In this document: positions 23,901 through 34,196 of the stretch, in pieces
How positions within the stretch are numbered: position 1 is the stretch's first letter
Layout of the letters: each line of letters begins with the position of its first letter
Assembly: GCA_965240325.2 (NCBI GenBank)
Contig: OZ251235.1
Location: forward strand, 558,001-622,000
From: Rebecca billardiae RCC1528
Taxonomy: Eukaryota > Protista > Haptophyta
Direction of reading: 5' to 3'
Length of the DNA stretch: 64,000 bases
The notes under the pieces: model-generated
What the model was told of the DNA's origin: nothing
The model's input: the letters and a program-made list of their open reading frames with translations, nothing else
Database searches by the model: none
Made by a program: the position numbers and the translations under genes

Positions 23901-24812
23901 GCCGCTCCAATATGCCACCCCGCTGGCTCGCAGCAATGTGGGTCCGCCGGACAATATGTTGACACATGGGGGCCCTGAGATGGAGGCAGACCCGGCTGCT
24001 GGCAGTCACACTGGTAACGGAGCTCATAGCGGACTTACACAGTCAGACACTGGACAGCAGGCCGCACAGCCGCCTGCTGGCTCTGCCAGGCCACCGGCAG
24101 CCCCCAGGCGCGGGCTGCCTCCTCCTAGTCAAGCGCAGCAGGACAGCCCCCCGCCCAAACGACACTGCCCACCCCGCCAGGCAAATGTGCCGCAGCGGAG
24201 CACGCTACCCCCTGCACAGCGCAGCAGGAAGAGGCGAGCGAACGACACCTCCCCAGGCGTATTAGCCATCGCCACCACTTTGCTTGCTTCCTACAGCGGC
24301 CCACGCCCGGACTTGATGCCCGATGTAGCACACATGTCTGACATGACCTCCTCTACCTCCATAGCTGCACGAGTGAAATACAGGCGCCTCGCTGCCAGGG
24401 CCAGTGGCCCAGACCCCTGCCCAGCTACTGGGCTCGATGACAGTCCCCCCAGCTCCCTTCCCCGCGCAGGGATCGGCTAGTGGCTGGCCCTCTGCCCACA
24501 CTGGGGCACCCTAGGGGGTGCCCCTGCTGCCGACTCGGCTCAAACTCGATGATCTTGAATTGCAAGGCCGTACACTGCTTGTACCTGGGACCACCCCACA
24601 GTGTTGGGCTCGTATGCTGTTGGCAATGGCATACCCCCGCCCCCTCTGGAGGCGGGCTGTCCACAGTGGAGTGGTGTCAAGACACTAGGTGTCTCGGTCA
24701 GTGGTTTGAGGTTGGGTGAGGGTGGTGGTTGGTTGGGGGCTGGCCAGGGTAGGGCTGGAGGCTTCGGCCGCCAGCCTGATCACCCGGAGCCCGTTATAAA
24801 GGGGAATTTAAA
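20995..24812 (+). mobile_element. 5'-truncated non-LTR retrotransposon (partial RT, RNase H, CCHC finger), ORF 20995..24480
   Basis: RT C-terminal motifs DINLYAHS..MEPNYPKSK..FTYAGV and LGLGLVNL. RNase H ATDGS / AEFMAI / VCTD / HVKAHS / NACSD. CPLC..HHLFSEC knuckle. Lower GC and CpG-poor relative to flanks. 3' UTR ends near TTTAAA at 24812. Confidence 0.9.
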
Positions 24813-24852
24813 CGCTTGCTGCTTCGTGACGCCTCCCGCCCCTGCGTCGGTG

Positions 24853-26871
24853 TCATCCTGCGGGAAGGCGCGAGGCCAGCTGCTCGTGCGGCGCAGGCCA
24901 CTCGCCTGAGTCCGGCCCAGCGGCAGCGGAGCCAGCGGCTGGCAGCGCCGTCGCATCATCATTACTTTGAAGGCCATCGGAGTTACGGATGGTCACGACA
25001 CCGCCGATGCCCGGCGCACCATGGGCGCTGGGCGGCACGTCCACGCGCCCGCGGCTGCCGCGCGTACGCGCCTCGACCGCGCCCGGCCGGCGGATCGTGG
25101 ACCCGCCGAGCCCATACCCACCTGCCCCCGGCCCCGCGGCCGGGCCGTGCCCGCGCGGCGCGGGCTCTGCCCCGAGGCTCAGGGCAGCGAGGCCCACGCC
25201 TGCGCTCAGTCGCTCGCCGTCAAGCTCGTGCGCGTGCGAGCGGGCGAGGTCGCCGAGGTCGCGCGCGCGCGCGCCGCGCTCCGCCTCCACCCTCGCCAGC
25301 TGCGCGCGCAGCAGCACCGCCAAGCCCTCCAGCTGCGTGATGGACAGGGCGCCGAGCGCGGCCGGCGGCGCCACGAGCTCAGCCGCGCTCAGAGCGAGCT
25401 CGGTCGAGCGCGGCAGCAGCGAGCGCAGCGCGTGCTCCAGCGAGGCACAGCGCTCGCACGCGTGCGCGGACGCGCCGTCCTCCTCCTCTTCGTTCGCAGC
25501 GCGCGCGGCGCTGCCCACGCCGCCGACAGCGCCTCCTCTCGCGGCGTGCGCCCTCGGGGGTGCGGCGACGGCACCGGAATTGGCATCGGCGGAGTTGACA
25601 ACGGCAGGATGGGCATTGGCGGAATTATTGGCGCCGGCGGCGGCACCGCCGACGGTGGCCGCCGGTTGAGCCCGCTCTGCCGATGCCGCGGGCGCGCGCT
25701 CGGGCGGCGCCCCGCCGCGCTTGCTCGCACGTCGCCGGCTGCCGCGCGCGGTGCACACCGTGGTCCACGTCGCGTCCGGCGGCTCGCCGCCCTCGTCCGT
25801 CTCCGACGCCTTGCGCGGCGCGGGCGTGGGCTCGGCGCCGCTCGGCCGCGCGGCGGCCGGCGCGGCCGCGCACGCCCCGGCCGTCAGCTCCGGCGCCGGC
25901 GGGGTTGCGACGGTCCGGGCGGGTGGTTCCGCATCTGCGTCGGCTGCGTCGGCGGCAGCCCGGTGGCCCTCGCCACCGCGCCCCCCTTCAGCACCCGCGC
26001 TCGCCCGCGCCTCCGTCCGCTTGGCCGCCGCCGCGCCTCGCCCCGGCAGGAGCGCGGGGCCGTCCTCACCGGTCTGGCAGCGGCCGCGCCGCGCCGCCGT
26101 GGCCGCGCGCGGTGCGCCGCGCGCTGGGTCGGCGTCGAGAAGCTCGGCGGTCGCGGCATTGGCCAGCGCCGCTCGCCGCGCGCGCTCGGCCTCGAGCACC
26201 TCCACGATCGCCGCGGCCGAGCCGCGCGCGTCACTGCCGCCCGTGGCCGGCTCGCACCGCGCGCGCGCCACGTCGAGGGCAGACGCACGCGTGCGCGCGT
26301 TCGTCGCGTGGACATCGGCGCGCGCGGAGATGAGCGCGCGGACGAGCTCGGCGGTGGCGCCTCGGCACGCGAGGACGAGCGCATTGTCGCCGTGCTTGTT
26401 CGCCTGCTCGAGCGTGCTCGCGCGCGCGCGCTCGTCCAGGCTGCCGAGGAGGGCGACCACGGCGTGCACGTGCCCACCGCCTGCGCACGCCATCATGAGG
26501 GGCGTGTTGCCCTGCCGACTGGGGCGCGTGAGCGCGACCGCGCTGGCCGCGCCAATGTGCCGCAGCGCGTCCGCGTGCCCGTGCATTGCGGCGAAGTGCG
26601 CCGCCGTGTTGCCGATCGGCAGGCGCGCGTGCACGTTGGCGCGCGCGTCAAGCAGCGGGCGCACGGCGGCCGCGTGGTGTTCGCACGCGACCATCAACGG
26701 CGTGACGCCGGCGCGATCCTGAGCGTTGACGTCAACGCTGCCGTCCGCGAGGAGCTGCGCGATGGCCTCATCGTCGGCGTACCGTACCGCAGCGTGCAAT
26801 TTTTCGTCGCGACTCATAGAAGTATCAGTACTGGTAGCCGTCCGCCATCGTGCAGCGTCCAGCTGCAGCAT
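24853..26871 (-). CDS. Ankyrin-repeat protein with low-complexity middle and C-terminal helical region
   Basis: Ankyrin repeats VNAQDRAGVTPLMVAC, GNTAAHFAAMHGH, GNTPLMMAC, GDNALVLAC, ADVHATN. Start codon uncertain (26871 or 26817). Confidence 0.85.
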   Translation of the reverse strand: MLQLDAARWRTATSTDTSMSRDEKLHAAVRYADDEAIAQLLADGSVDVNAQDRAGVTPLMVACEHHAAAVRPLLDARANVHARLPIGNTAAHFAAMHGHADALRHIGAASAVALTRPSRQGNTPLMMACAGGGHVHAVVALLGSLDERARASTLEQANKHGDNALVLACRGATAELVRALISARADVHATNARTRASALDVARARCEPATGGSDARGSAAAIVEVLEAERARRAALANAATAELLDADPARGAPRAATAARRGRCQTGEDGPALLPGRGAAAAKRTEARASAGAEGGRGGEGHRAAADAADADAEPPARTVATPPAPELTAGACAAAPAAARPSGAEPTPAPRKASETDEGGEPPDATWTTVCTARGSRRRASKRGGAPPERAPAASAERAQPAATVGGAAAGANNSANAHPAVVNSADANSGAVAAPPRAHAARGGAVGGVGSAARAANEEEEDGASAHACERCASLEHALRSLLPRSTELALSAAELVAPPAALGALSITQLEGLAVLLRAQLARVEAERGARARDLGDLARSHAHELDGERLSAGVGLAALSLGAEPAPRGHGPAAGPGAGGYGLGGSTIRRPGAVEARTRGSRGRVDVPPSAHGAPGIGGVVTIRNSDGLQSNDDATALPAAGSAAAGPDSGEWPAPHEQLASRLPAG

Positions 26872-28431
26872 GCCGCATGCGGCGTCCGGGCTTCTGCTCG
26901 GCGAGAGGCGCCGCAGAGCAACAGTACCCACTGGGGACACGGCACCCAGGGTCGGAGAAATCAGAAAATCGGCGCGCTTTTTATTTCCGCCTTGCATTTA
27001 TTCAGCCGCGCGCTGCGCGGCGGACGCGCGCGTCTCGGGCGAGCGGGCGACGGCGCCGCGCTCCCGTGCGTGTGGACGATCCCGCGAGCGCAGAGCCGGC
27101 GAGCTAGGCTGGGCAGTCGTGCTGAAGTGCCATTCGCCGCTTCGCGCCGCGCATCGCATTCGGCTGTACTTGCCTCGGGCCAGCACTTGTCTGTGCACAC
27201 TGCCACACGGCCAGCCCGTCGCCCGCGTGCGCCATGCGAGGCGAGACACACACGGAGCATGCGCTTCCGCGCGTCGAGGCCTACGCTGTACCCACTGCGC
27301 TACCTTGCGCCGCCGCGCATGAGCGCGGGTCCGAACAGCTGCGTTCAGGTGTGCTGATTGCATCATTCATACGAGCCGATTGGTCGAACAAGCGCTCTGG
27401 CCCGACGATGACGTTGCAGCGCACGCCATGCTGATATGCGGTGACGCGGAGCATGTGCGCTCGCGCGGAGTGGCCACACGCGTGACCGCTGTCCAGCTCT
27501 GCCCCGGCATTGAACTCCCTGACTCGTGCTCCGACGTCAATCTTGGCCCGAGCTAGTACGTGCATGTATGCGTGCTGATGCAGAATATACCTGAACGAGG
27601 CCCATGATGGCCTGCCTGCGTGTATGTGCCTCCTCGGATGACACGGCGCGTGTATGAATGTGTGTATACTACCTTGTCAAGCAGTAGCTCACGTCTGGAC
27701 GTTCGTGTCGAACTTGACGGTGCGCGTCGCGCACACACGGTCAGCCTTGATAGACGCACCCGTGCAGCCGGAAGGCAGCATCAGCCTGCCTAAGACGTGA
27801 GCATCCAGCCCCGACGCCGCTTCCGGTGCCTGAATGGCGCGCGCTCCTTTCACGCGGGAATGTGCTCACTACATCACTATCCAGAAGGGCGCATGTCAGT
27901 GCTTTGCATGCTCACACGACCCTCGCCGTAGGTCGATGCCAACCGCTGCGTGATGCTCGATCATGCCTTTTGACGGCTGTGTGACCCGTGCAGATGCGTA
28001 TGCCAGGCAGCGTACTGTGACGAGCGATGCCGCGTGCATAAACTACCTGGACATTGCCCAGTGCAACCAAGTGCCGGACGCCGACGCCGCTGCTCGCGGC
28101 ACGCGTGCAGTCAGCCGAGGAATGCACACAACTTCCTTGTTGGTGCGGCGCACGCGATGGCCTGAGGCGCGGCGGATGCAGTGATTCCGAACGGCGAGCG
28201 GTGGAACGACGCAAATGGCTGCTCTTCAGCCGCGCTCAACCACGCGCACCGCCTTCGCGGGCACGCAACTACCGCAGGAGGGCGCGCAGTCGGCGCCCAT
28301 CTCGCCCCTCCAGCGCCGCCCAGCGCGCTGTCAGCGCAGCCGCCAGCGGCAGAGGTTGGTGGTGCTCTGACGGCATCACCAACATATTCGGAAAAGAAAA
28401 TCCCCACCCGAAATTCCTGCGCCCAGTGGGT

Positions 28432-29019
28432 ATGGGGGACGACGAGTTCGCGGCGATCACCGTGGAGCGCGCCGAGGCGGAGGCGGCGCGGCTGGTGCAG
28501 CGGCACTCGCTTCAGGAGCTGAGCGGCGTGCAGTCGCGCGTGCGCGCTCGCCTCGACAAGGACGTGCGCCAGCTGCGCGAGCTCGTCGGCGAGAAGTACC
28601 GGACGCTGATTGAGTGCGCTGACGCGATCGACGCGATGCAGCAGTCGGCGCGCGAGGCGAGCGAGAGCCTGGGCGGCGCGAGTGCGCTGTGCGTGCAGCT
28701 CGAAGAGGCGTCCGCCGCGCTCGGCACGCGCGCGCTCGACGCGCCGCACGCCGCGCGGCCCACGGACGCCGCGCACGGCGCCGAGGGTGTTACGGCCGCG
28801 CACGAGGCACGTCGGGACGCAGTCGCGTGCGCCGCCTTCCTCGAGGCCGCGCCCGAGGCGATCTGGTCGGCGCTGGACGCGGAGGAGCCGCTGCGCGCGG
28901 CCTGGCTGCTGATCACCGCGCTCGCACTCGCCGAAGCGCCCGAGCTCGAGCAGCAGCTCGCGCTCGGCAGCGGCGGCGATTCGGCGGCGGCGGCGGGCGA
29001 TGTCTCTCAGGAGGGGGAG

Positions 29020-29052
<33 letters not shown>

Positions 29053-29604
29053 GCGGGGTACGGCGGCGCGGCGGCGGCGGGCGTCGCGAGCGGCGGCGCG
29101 CAGCTCGACGCCACGGCGCTCGTGGCGCTGGCGAGGGACGTGCGCGCACGCACCGAGCGGCAGCGCGCCCTCACCCTCGAGCTTGCAGACGGCATCGTGC
29201 GGGCGCCCGCGCGCTCCGTGCGCGCGCACGCGCACGCGCTCGCGGCGCTCGGGCTGCTCGCGCGCGCGACGGACGCGGAGGGGCAGTGGCGGCTGCTCGA
29301 CGGCTGCGCGCGCGAGGCGCACGCCGCGCTGCGCGCCGAGCCGGGCGCCGAGAGCGTCTCGCGCCTGCTGCGCGCCGCGCGCGCCCTGCGCGTCGCCCTT
29401 GTCCACAGCCACCTGCTCTTTGTCCCGGACTCGGCGCCACCGGACTCGGCGGCACCGGACTCGGCGGCACCGGACTCGGCGGCTCGCGAGGGCGCGTCGG
29501 CGCCGGGCGCGCACGGCGTGGTGGGCTCGGCGCTCGAGCGCGCCATCGCCGCCTTCGCCGTGCCCGCCGCCTCGCCGCCGCTCGCGAGCGCACACGCGCG
29601 GTGT

Positions 29605-29635
<31 letters not shown>

Positions 29636-32435
29636 ATGATGGCGGCGACGGCGGCGACGGCGGCGACGGCGACAGCGGCGACGGCGGCGGCGGCGGCGGC
29701 GGAGCGCCGGGCGACGGTGCCGCGCGCGACGAGGGCGCGCGCGACGAGGGCGCGCGCGCCCTCGTGGCGGCGTGCGCGCCCCTCGAGCGCGCGCCTGCCG
29801 CGCAGCGCACGCCCGCGCCGCTGCTCGCGCCGCCCGCGCGCACGCTCGACCGCGAGGACGTTTCCGAGAAAGTTCGCAGCTGGTGGGAGCAGGAGAGCGC
29901 GCGCGTCGCCGAGGGCGCGCGCGCGGTGCTCGAGCGCGTGGCGGAGCCGAGCGAGCTCGCGCGCGCGTGCGCGCTGCTCCGGCGCGCGACGCACGCGCGG
30001 CGCGGCGCGCCCTCCGCCTGGGCGCGCGCGTGCGCCGCGCTGCTCCCGCGCGCGGCGGCGGTGTGGGCGGAGCTCTGGCTGCCGCTGCTGCGCGGCCGCG
30101 CGGCTGCGCTCGTCGACGGCGCGCTCGACGCGATCGGCCTGGAGCGCGAGCTGGACGACGCGCTCCGCGCGGTGTCGTACGCGCCGGACGAGGCCGCGCC
30201 GCGCGCCAGCGCGGCGGCCGCCGTCGCCGCCGCCCGCGGCGCGGGCGCGCACGCCGTGGACTGCGCGGTGAAGGCGGTGCGCGCGCGCGTGACGGGCGCG
30301 CGCGCGCGGCTCGCGCCGCTGCTGAGCGCGGCGGCGGGCGCGGCGCCGGACGCTCCGGGCGCCGAGGCCCGCGCGGCCGCGCGAGACGGGGCGCCGCGCG
30401 CACCGCCCGGCTCGGCCGCTGGCGGCGGCGCGGCCGTCTCCGCCCGGCTCGCCGCCCACGGGCGGCACGGCGCGGCCGGCGGCGGCGGCGCGGCCGGCGG
30501 CGGCGGCGCGGCCGGAGTGGCGGAGGGCGGCGCGCGCTCCGACGACGAGGGCGGCGCCGAGGCTGGCGGCGCGGAGGGTGCGGCTGCTGCTGCGCTCATC
30601 GCGGGTGTGGACGAGGTGCTCGCCGCCGCCTGCGTCCGGCTCGGCGAACGGCTCGCGCGCACGCTCCGCGAGGCAGCGGCGGCACTCGCCGCCGAGGCGG
30701 ACGCGGCAGAGGCGGCCGCGGCGGCCAGCGACGCCGCCGCATGTGGCGCGCCCGCGCCCGCGCCGCCCGCGCAGCTCGGCGCGCCCTCGGCTGCCGGCGT
30801 CGCGCGCGCGCGCGCGCTCGCTGCGCGCGCGCGCGCCGCAGACGGCAGCCTCCTCCTCGGCGCGATCGCCTCCGCCCTCGCAGCTGACGGCTTCGGCGCG
30901 GCGGACGTCGTGTGTGCGGCGCACGGCGCGGGCGCGTGGGCGGCTGTGGCCGACGAGCTCACGGCCGCGGCCGCGAGCGCGCGCGCTGTCTGGCTGGCGT
31001 CGGTTGCCGACGGCTTCAGGCGCCGACTCACCGCCATGGCCCCCACCGTGTACGTGGCGCCGCCGCCCGCCGGCGCGGCCGCGCCCGACGGCGCCGACTC
31101 AGCGCTGCCGACAGCGGGCGGCGGCGGCGCGGCGGCCGAGCCCCCGCGCTCCGCCGCCGCCGAGTACGGCTGCAGAGGCCTGTTTGTGAGAGTGCGCGTT
31201 GCGGGGGAGCAGGCCTCGGGCGGCGCGGACGCGGCGGCCTCGGCGCGCGCGGCGCCGACGGATGATGCCGCCGCCGCCGAGCCCGGCTGCGCCGACGAGG
31301 ACGAGCTCGACCTCCCGTTGTACGCCTCAGCCGAGCTGTGCGCGGCGCTCGTCGAGCTGGCCGCCGAGTGCGCGCACGCGCGAGCGCTCGGCGCGCGGCT
31401 GTGCGCGGTCGCGGTCGCCGAGTTGCGCGGCGCGGTGTGGCGCGTGGTGCTGGGCTGCGCGCGCGACGCCGTCGCCGCGGTGGACGCCGCGGAAGGCGGC
31501 GCCGCCGGCGGCGGCGAGGACGCGAGCGCGCGCGCCCGCCGTGCGGAGGCCCACGCCATGCAGATTGCGTTCGATCTCAACTTTGTGCAGGCGCTCATGG
31601 GACCGCCAGGGGACACGGGTGCGCGCGGCGCGGCTGCGCGCGGCGCGGCTGCGCGCACGCCCCGATCTGACGCGCACGCCGCCGCCGCGCGCCACCCGCC
31701 GCCCTCCGCGCGCGCGCGCGCACCAGCCGACGCCGCGGCGCTGCGCCGCACGTCCGCGGACGTGAGCGCCCGGCTCGACCCGATCGACTGGGCACTGAGC
31801 GAGCCGCTGCTGCTGGCCGCGGCGCAGGCGTGCGCCGCGCGCTCTGCGCTGCTGGTCGGTGGGGCGGTGGGGCTGCCGGCGGGCGCGATGGCGCGGGGCA
31901 AGGTGCGCGCAGTCACGCCCGCCGCCGCCGCGTCACCTCGCCCGCGCGCCCGGCTGCCAGCGCACAGAGCAGCGCGCCACCCAGCCAACCGCCTGCCGGC
32001 CGCGCGTGCGCGCCGTGCACGGCAAACAACACCCGCGCGCGCGCGCGCCCTCTCGCGCGCCTGTCGCGGCGGCGTGCGCAGGGCACGGCTGCGGACGCTG
32101 TGAAGGCGGCGCTGCAGAGCGCGCCGAGCGCCCTGCCCCTCGCAGCGCCGTGCGCTCGCTTCGCCCTGCTGCCAGTCACACTGCCCCAGCTCGCGCCCGC
32201 CCAGCGCGCGGACGGCACCGGGCCTGCCGACAGGCAGGGCGGCGGGCGCGCCGGCGGGCGCGCCGGCGCGACGGGGGCAGCGACCGACGCCGAGCGGCGG
32301 CAGTCCACGGGCAGCCTGTCTTCGGCGCTTGCGGGCGCGGCCGCGGGCGGCGCGAGCCGCGCGGGCGGAGGCCGTGCGCCTGCCAAGCAGAGCAGCAGGC
32401 CGTGGGCAGCGTGGCTGGGTGGTGGTACGCTGTAG
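28432..32435 (+). CDS. COG1: Conserved oligomeric Golgi complex subunit 1 (Vps51/Vps67 N-terminal domain)
   Basis: QLRELVGEKYRTLIECAD, APEAIWSALD, MQIAFDLNFV, LDPIDW..RSALLVG, and RFALLPV after GT-AG intron 31903-32081. A further in-frame intron at 31619-31726 is probable. Confidence 0.85.
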
Positions 32436-32820
32436 AGTGACGAGACTGATATACATGTCCGGATGATATGAGCATGCAGTCGAGCCAGGCTGCGCACTCG
32501 GCAGTCCGCCGCCGCAGTCGGCAGTGCCGCAGTGCAGCGCATGCATGGCAAGGCCGCCGAGTGCGCAGCTGCTGCTCATCATCATCAGGCTGGTCATCAC
32601 TGCTGCGTGGACTACGAATGTTGTCGGCGTCGCCGCCGACCGCGCTGTGCTGCCTGATTAAAGGCGGGCTGATTGTAGTCGTAGTCGTAGTTATTGACGA
32701 TATATATGATGCATGATTATATGGCGTCGTAATATATATATAGGCGGCCCGCGCCGCCTCCGCCTCGGGCCCGGCCGTCCGGGAGGTCGGATCGGATGAC
32801 CGCCAAACCGGCCGTCTTGA

Positions 32821-32943
32821 GCCCGCGTGTCCGTGTGATCCATGATGCCAGCAGCATAGGCAGGAACTCGTGCTACTTGCTAGCCCGCGTGTCCGTGTGA
32901 TCCACGATGCCAGCAGCATAGGCAGGAGTGCTACTTGCTAGCC
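32821..32943 (+). repeat. Tandem duplication (62/58-bp units) just downstream of the GT25 stop
   Basis: GCCCGCGTGTCCGTGTGATCCA(T/C)GATGCCAGCAGCATAGGCAGGA[ACTC]GTGCTACTTGCTA twice. Confidence 0.9.
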
Positions 32944-32945
32944 GG

Positions 32946-34076
32946 TCAGACGGCATGGCCGCCGGGTCCCATCGACGTCCTCCTCTGGTCAGGCGTGGCA
33001 GCATTGAAGACGGGCTCGTCGCTCACCGTGAAGCGTATCTGCTGCGCGCAGTGCGCGTGCGCGAGCACCACGTCGTTGCTCAGCAGCGGCGCGCCCTCCA
33101 GCGCGGCCAGCAGCTTGGCCACCCCGCTCTCCTCAGCGAGCACGGCGCCCATGCCCATCGAGAAGCGCGCGCGCACTTGCTCGGCGGGGGAGAGCTTCGC
33201 GCGCTGGGAGCGCAGCCGCACGAGCGCCTCCGCGCTCAGCGGGGCCGCCTTCGTCGGCAGCGCCAGCCCGGGCACGTTGCCGATGTGCCCGCAGACGCCG
33301 CCGGCCTCAAAGTGCGCCCACCAGTCGGTGGTCGCGCGCGAGGCCTCGATCTTGGCGGCGTCCCAGCTGGAGGGGGGGCTGCGCTCCATGAACGCGCAGT
33401 AGCGCCGCGTCCAGTCCCTGAACGGGTGCACGTCGTCCTCGAGCAGCAGGACAAAGCGGTGCGGGCACGTGCCGTTCGCGCACTGTGGCGCGGCCGCGCC
33501 GCCCTGCTGCGGCCGCGTGCGCTGCAGGAACTTCTGCATCGCGCGGAGTGCGGTCAGCTTGCTGAGGTGGTTGGCGACCAGCGCGGCGCAGTTCGCGGAG
33601 GTCGTCTTATTAGCCACCTTCACCTGCTGCTTGAGAGGCACGTACGCGCTCAGGTGCAGGCACTTTGTCCTCTTCGCCAGTTGCCTGGAAACGCAGCACG
33701 CCACGGGCCGCTGCGCCGAGCACCCCGGCCCCTTGCGCTGCGCCATGAGCTTTGCGCACCGCTTCTGCTTGAGCATCTGCTCCGCGAAACGCGTCATGTC
33801 CTCGCCACCGGTGGACAGCTGCGAGTCAAACGCGGTCACGGACTCGCCCTCTTCCAGCCTCGGCGCGCTGGTCGCACGGATGCGTACGGCGCGAATGCCC
33901 GCCGCTCGAAGCGCACTGCGCATGTGCGCCGCGCGCACCGCGTCCACGTCGCGGTTGATGAAGAAGGCGGCCTCCGGAAGGGTCACCTCGGGCGCTTGCG
34001 CGCATGGAGCCCTTTGGCTCGCGAGCGGCTGCTCGGCCGCGCTCAGCAGCAACAGCACGAGGCCTTGCCAGAACAT
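32946..34076 (-). CDS. Glycosyltransferase family 25-like protein with signal peptide
   Basis: MFWQGLVLLLLSAA; AAFFINRDVDAVRAAHM; ALVANHLS; FVLLLEDDV (GT25 EDD motif). Confidence 0.7.
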   Translation of the reverse strand: MFWQGLVLLLLSAAEQPLASQRAPCAQAPEVTLPEAAFFINRDVDAVRAAHMRSALRAAGIRAVRIRATSAPRLEEGESVTAFDSQLSTGGEDMTRFAEQMLKQKRCAKLMAQRKGPGCSAQRPVACCVSRQLAKRTKCLHLSAYVPLKQQVKVANKTTSANCAALVANHLSKLTALRAMQKFLQRTRPQQGGAAAPQCANGTCPHRFVLLLEDDVHPFRDWTRRYCAFMERSPPSSWDAAKIEASRATTDWWAHFEAGGVCGHIGNVPGLALPTKAAPLSAEALVRLRSQRAKLSPAEQVRARFSMGMGAVLAEESGVAKLLAALEGAPLLSNDVVLAHAHCAQQIRFTVSDEPVFNAATPDQRRTSMGPGGHAV

Positions 34077-34196
34077 GCATGGACGGCCCGGGAGGCTCTT
34101 AGGCTCTCAGCTCATCGCGGCCATCGCAGCTATCCGCGAACGATGGCGCCGGCGACGGCCAGCGTCTCTGTTGCCCTTGTGTGAGGTGTCCTCGCG

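Noticed and set aside
27234-28200. Possible small multi-exon gene with Cys-rich pieces (CFAC, CVCQAAYCDERC)
   Set aside because: I could not assemble a consistent spliced frame; transcript data are needed.
29007-32600. Very long antisense or alternative-frame ORFs (e.g. 29007..32600-, 55938..60392+, 47819..50233-, 24967..27357+)
   Set aside because: Ala/Arg/Pro-rich shadows of real genes, expected where stop codons are rare in very GC-rich DNA.
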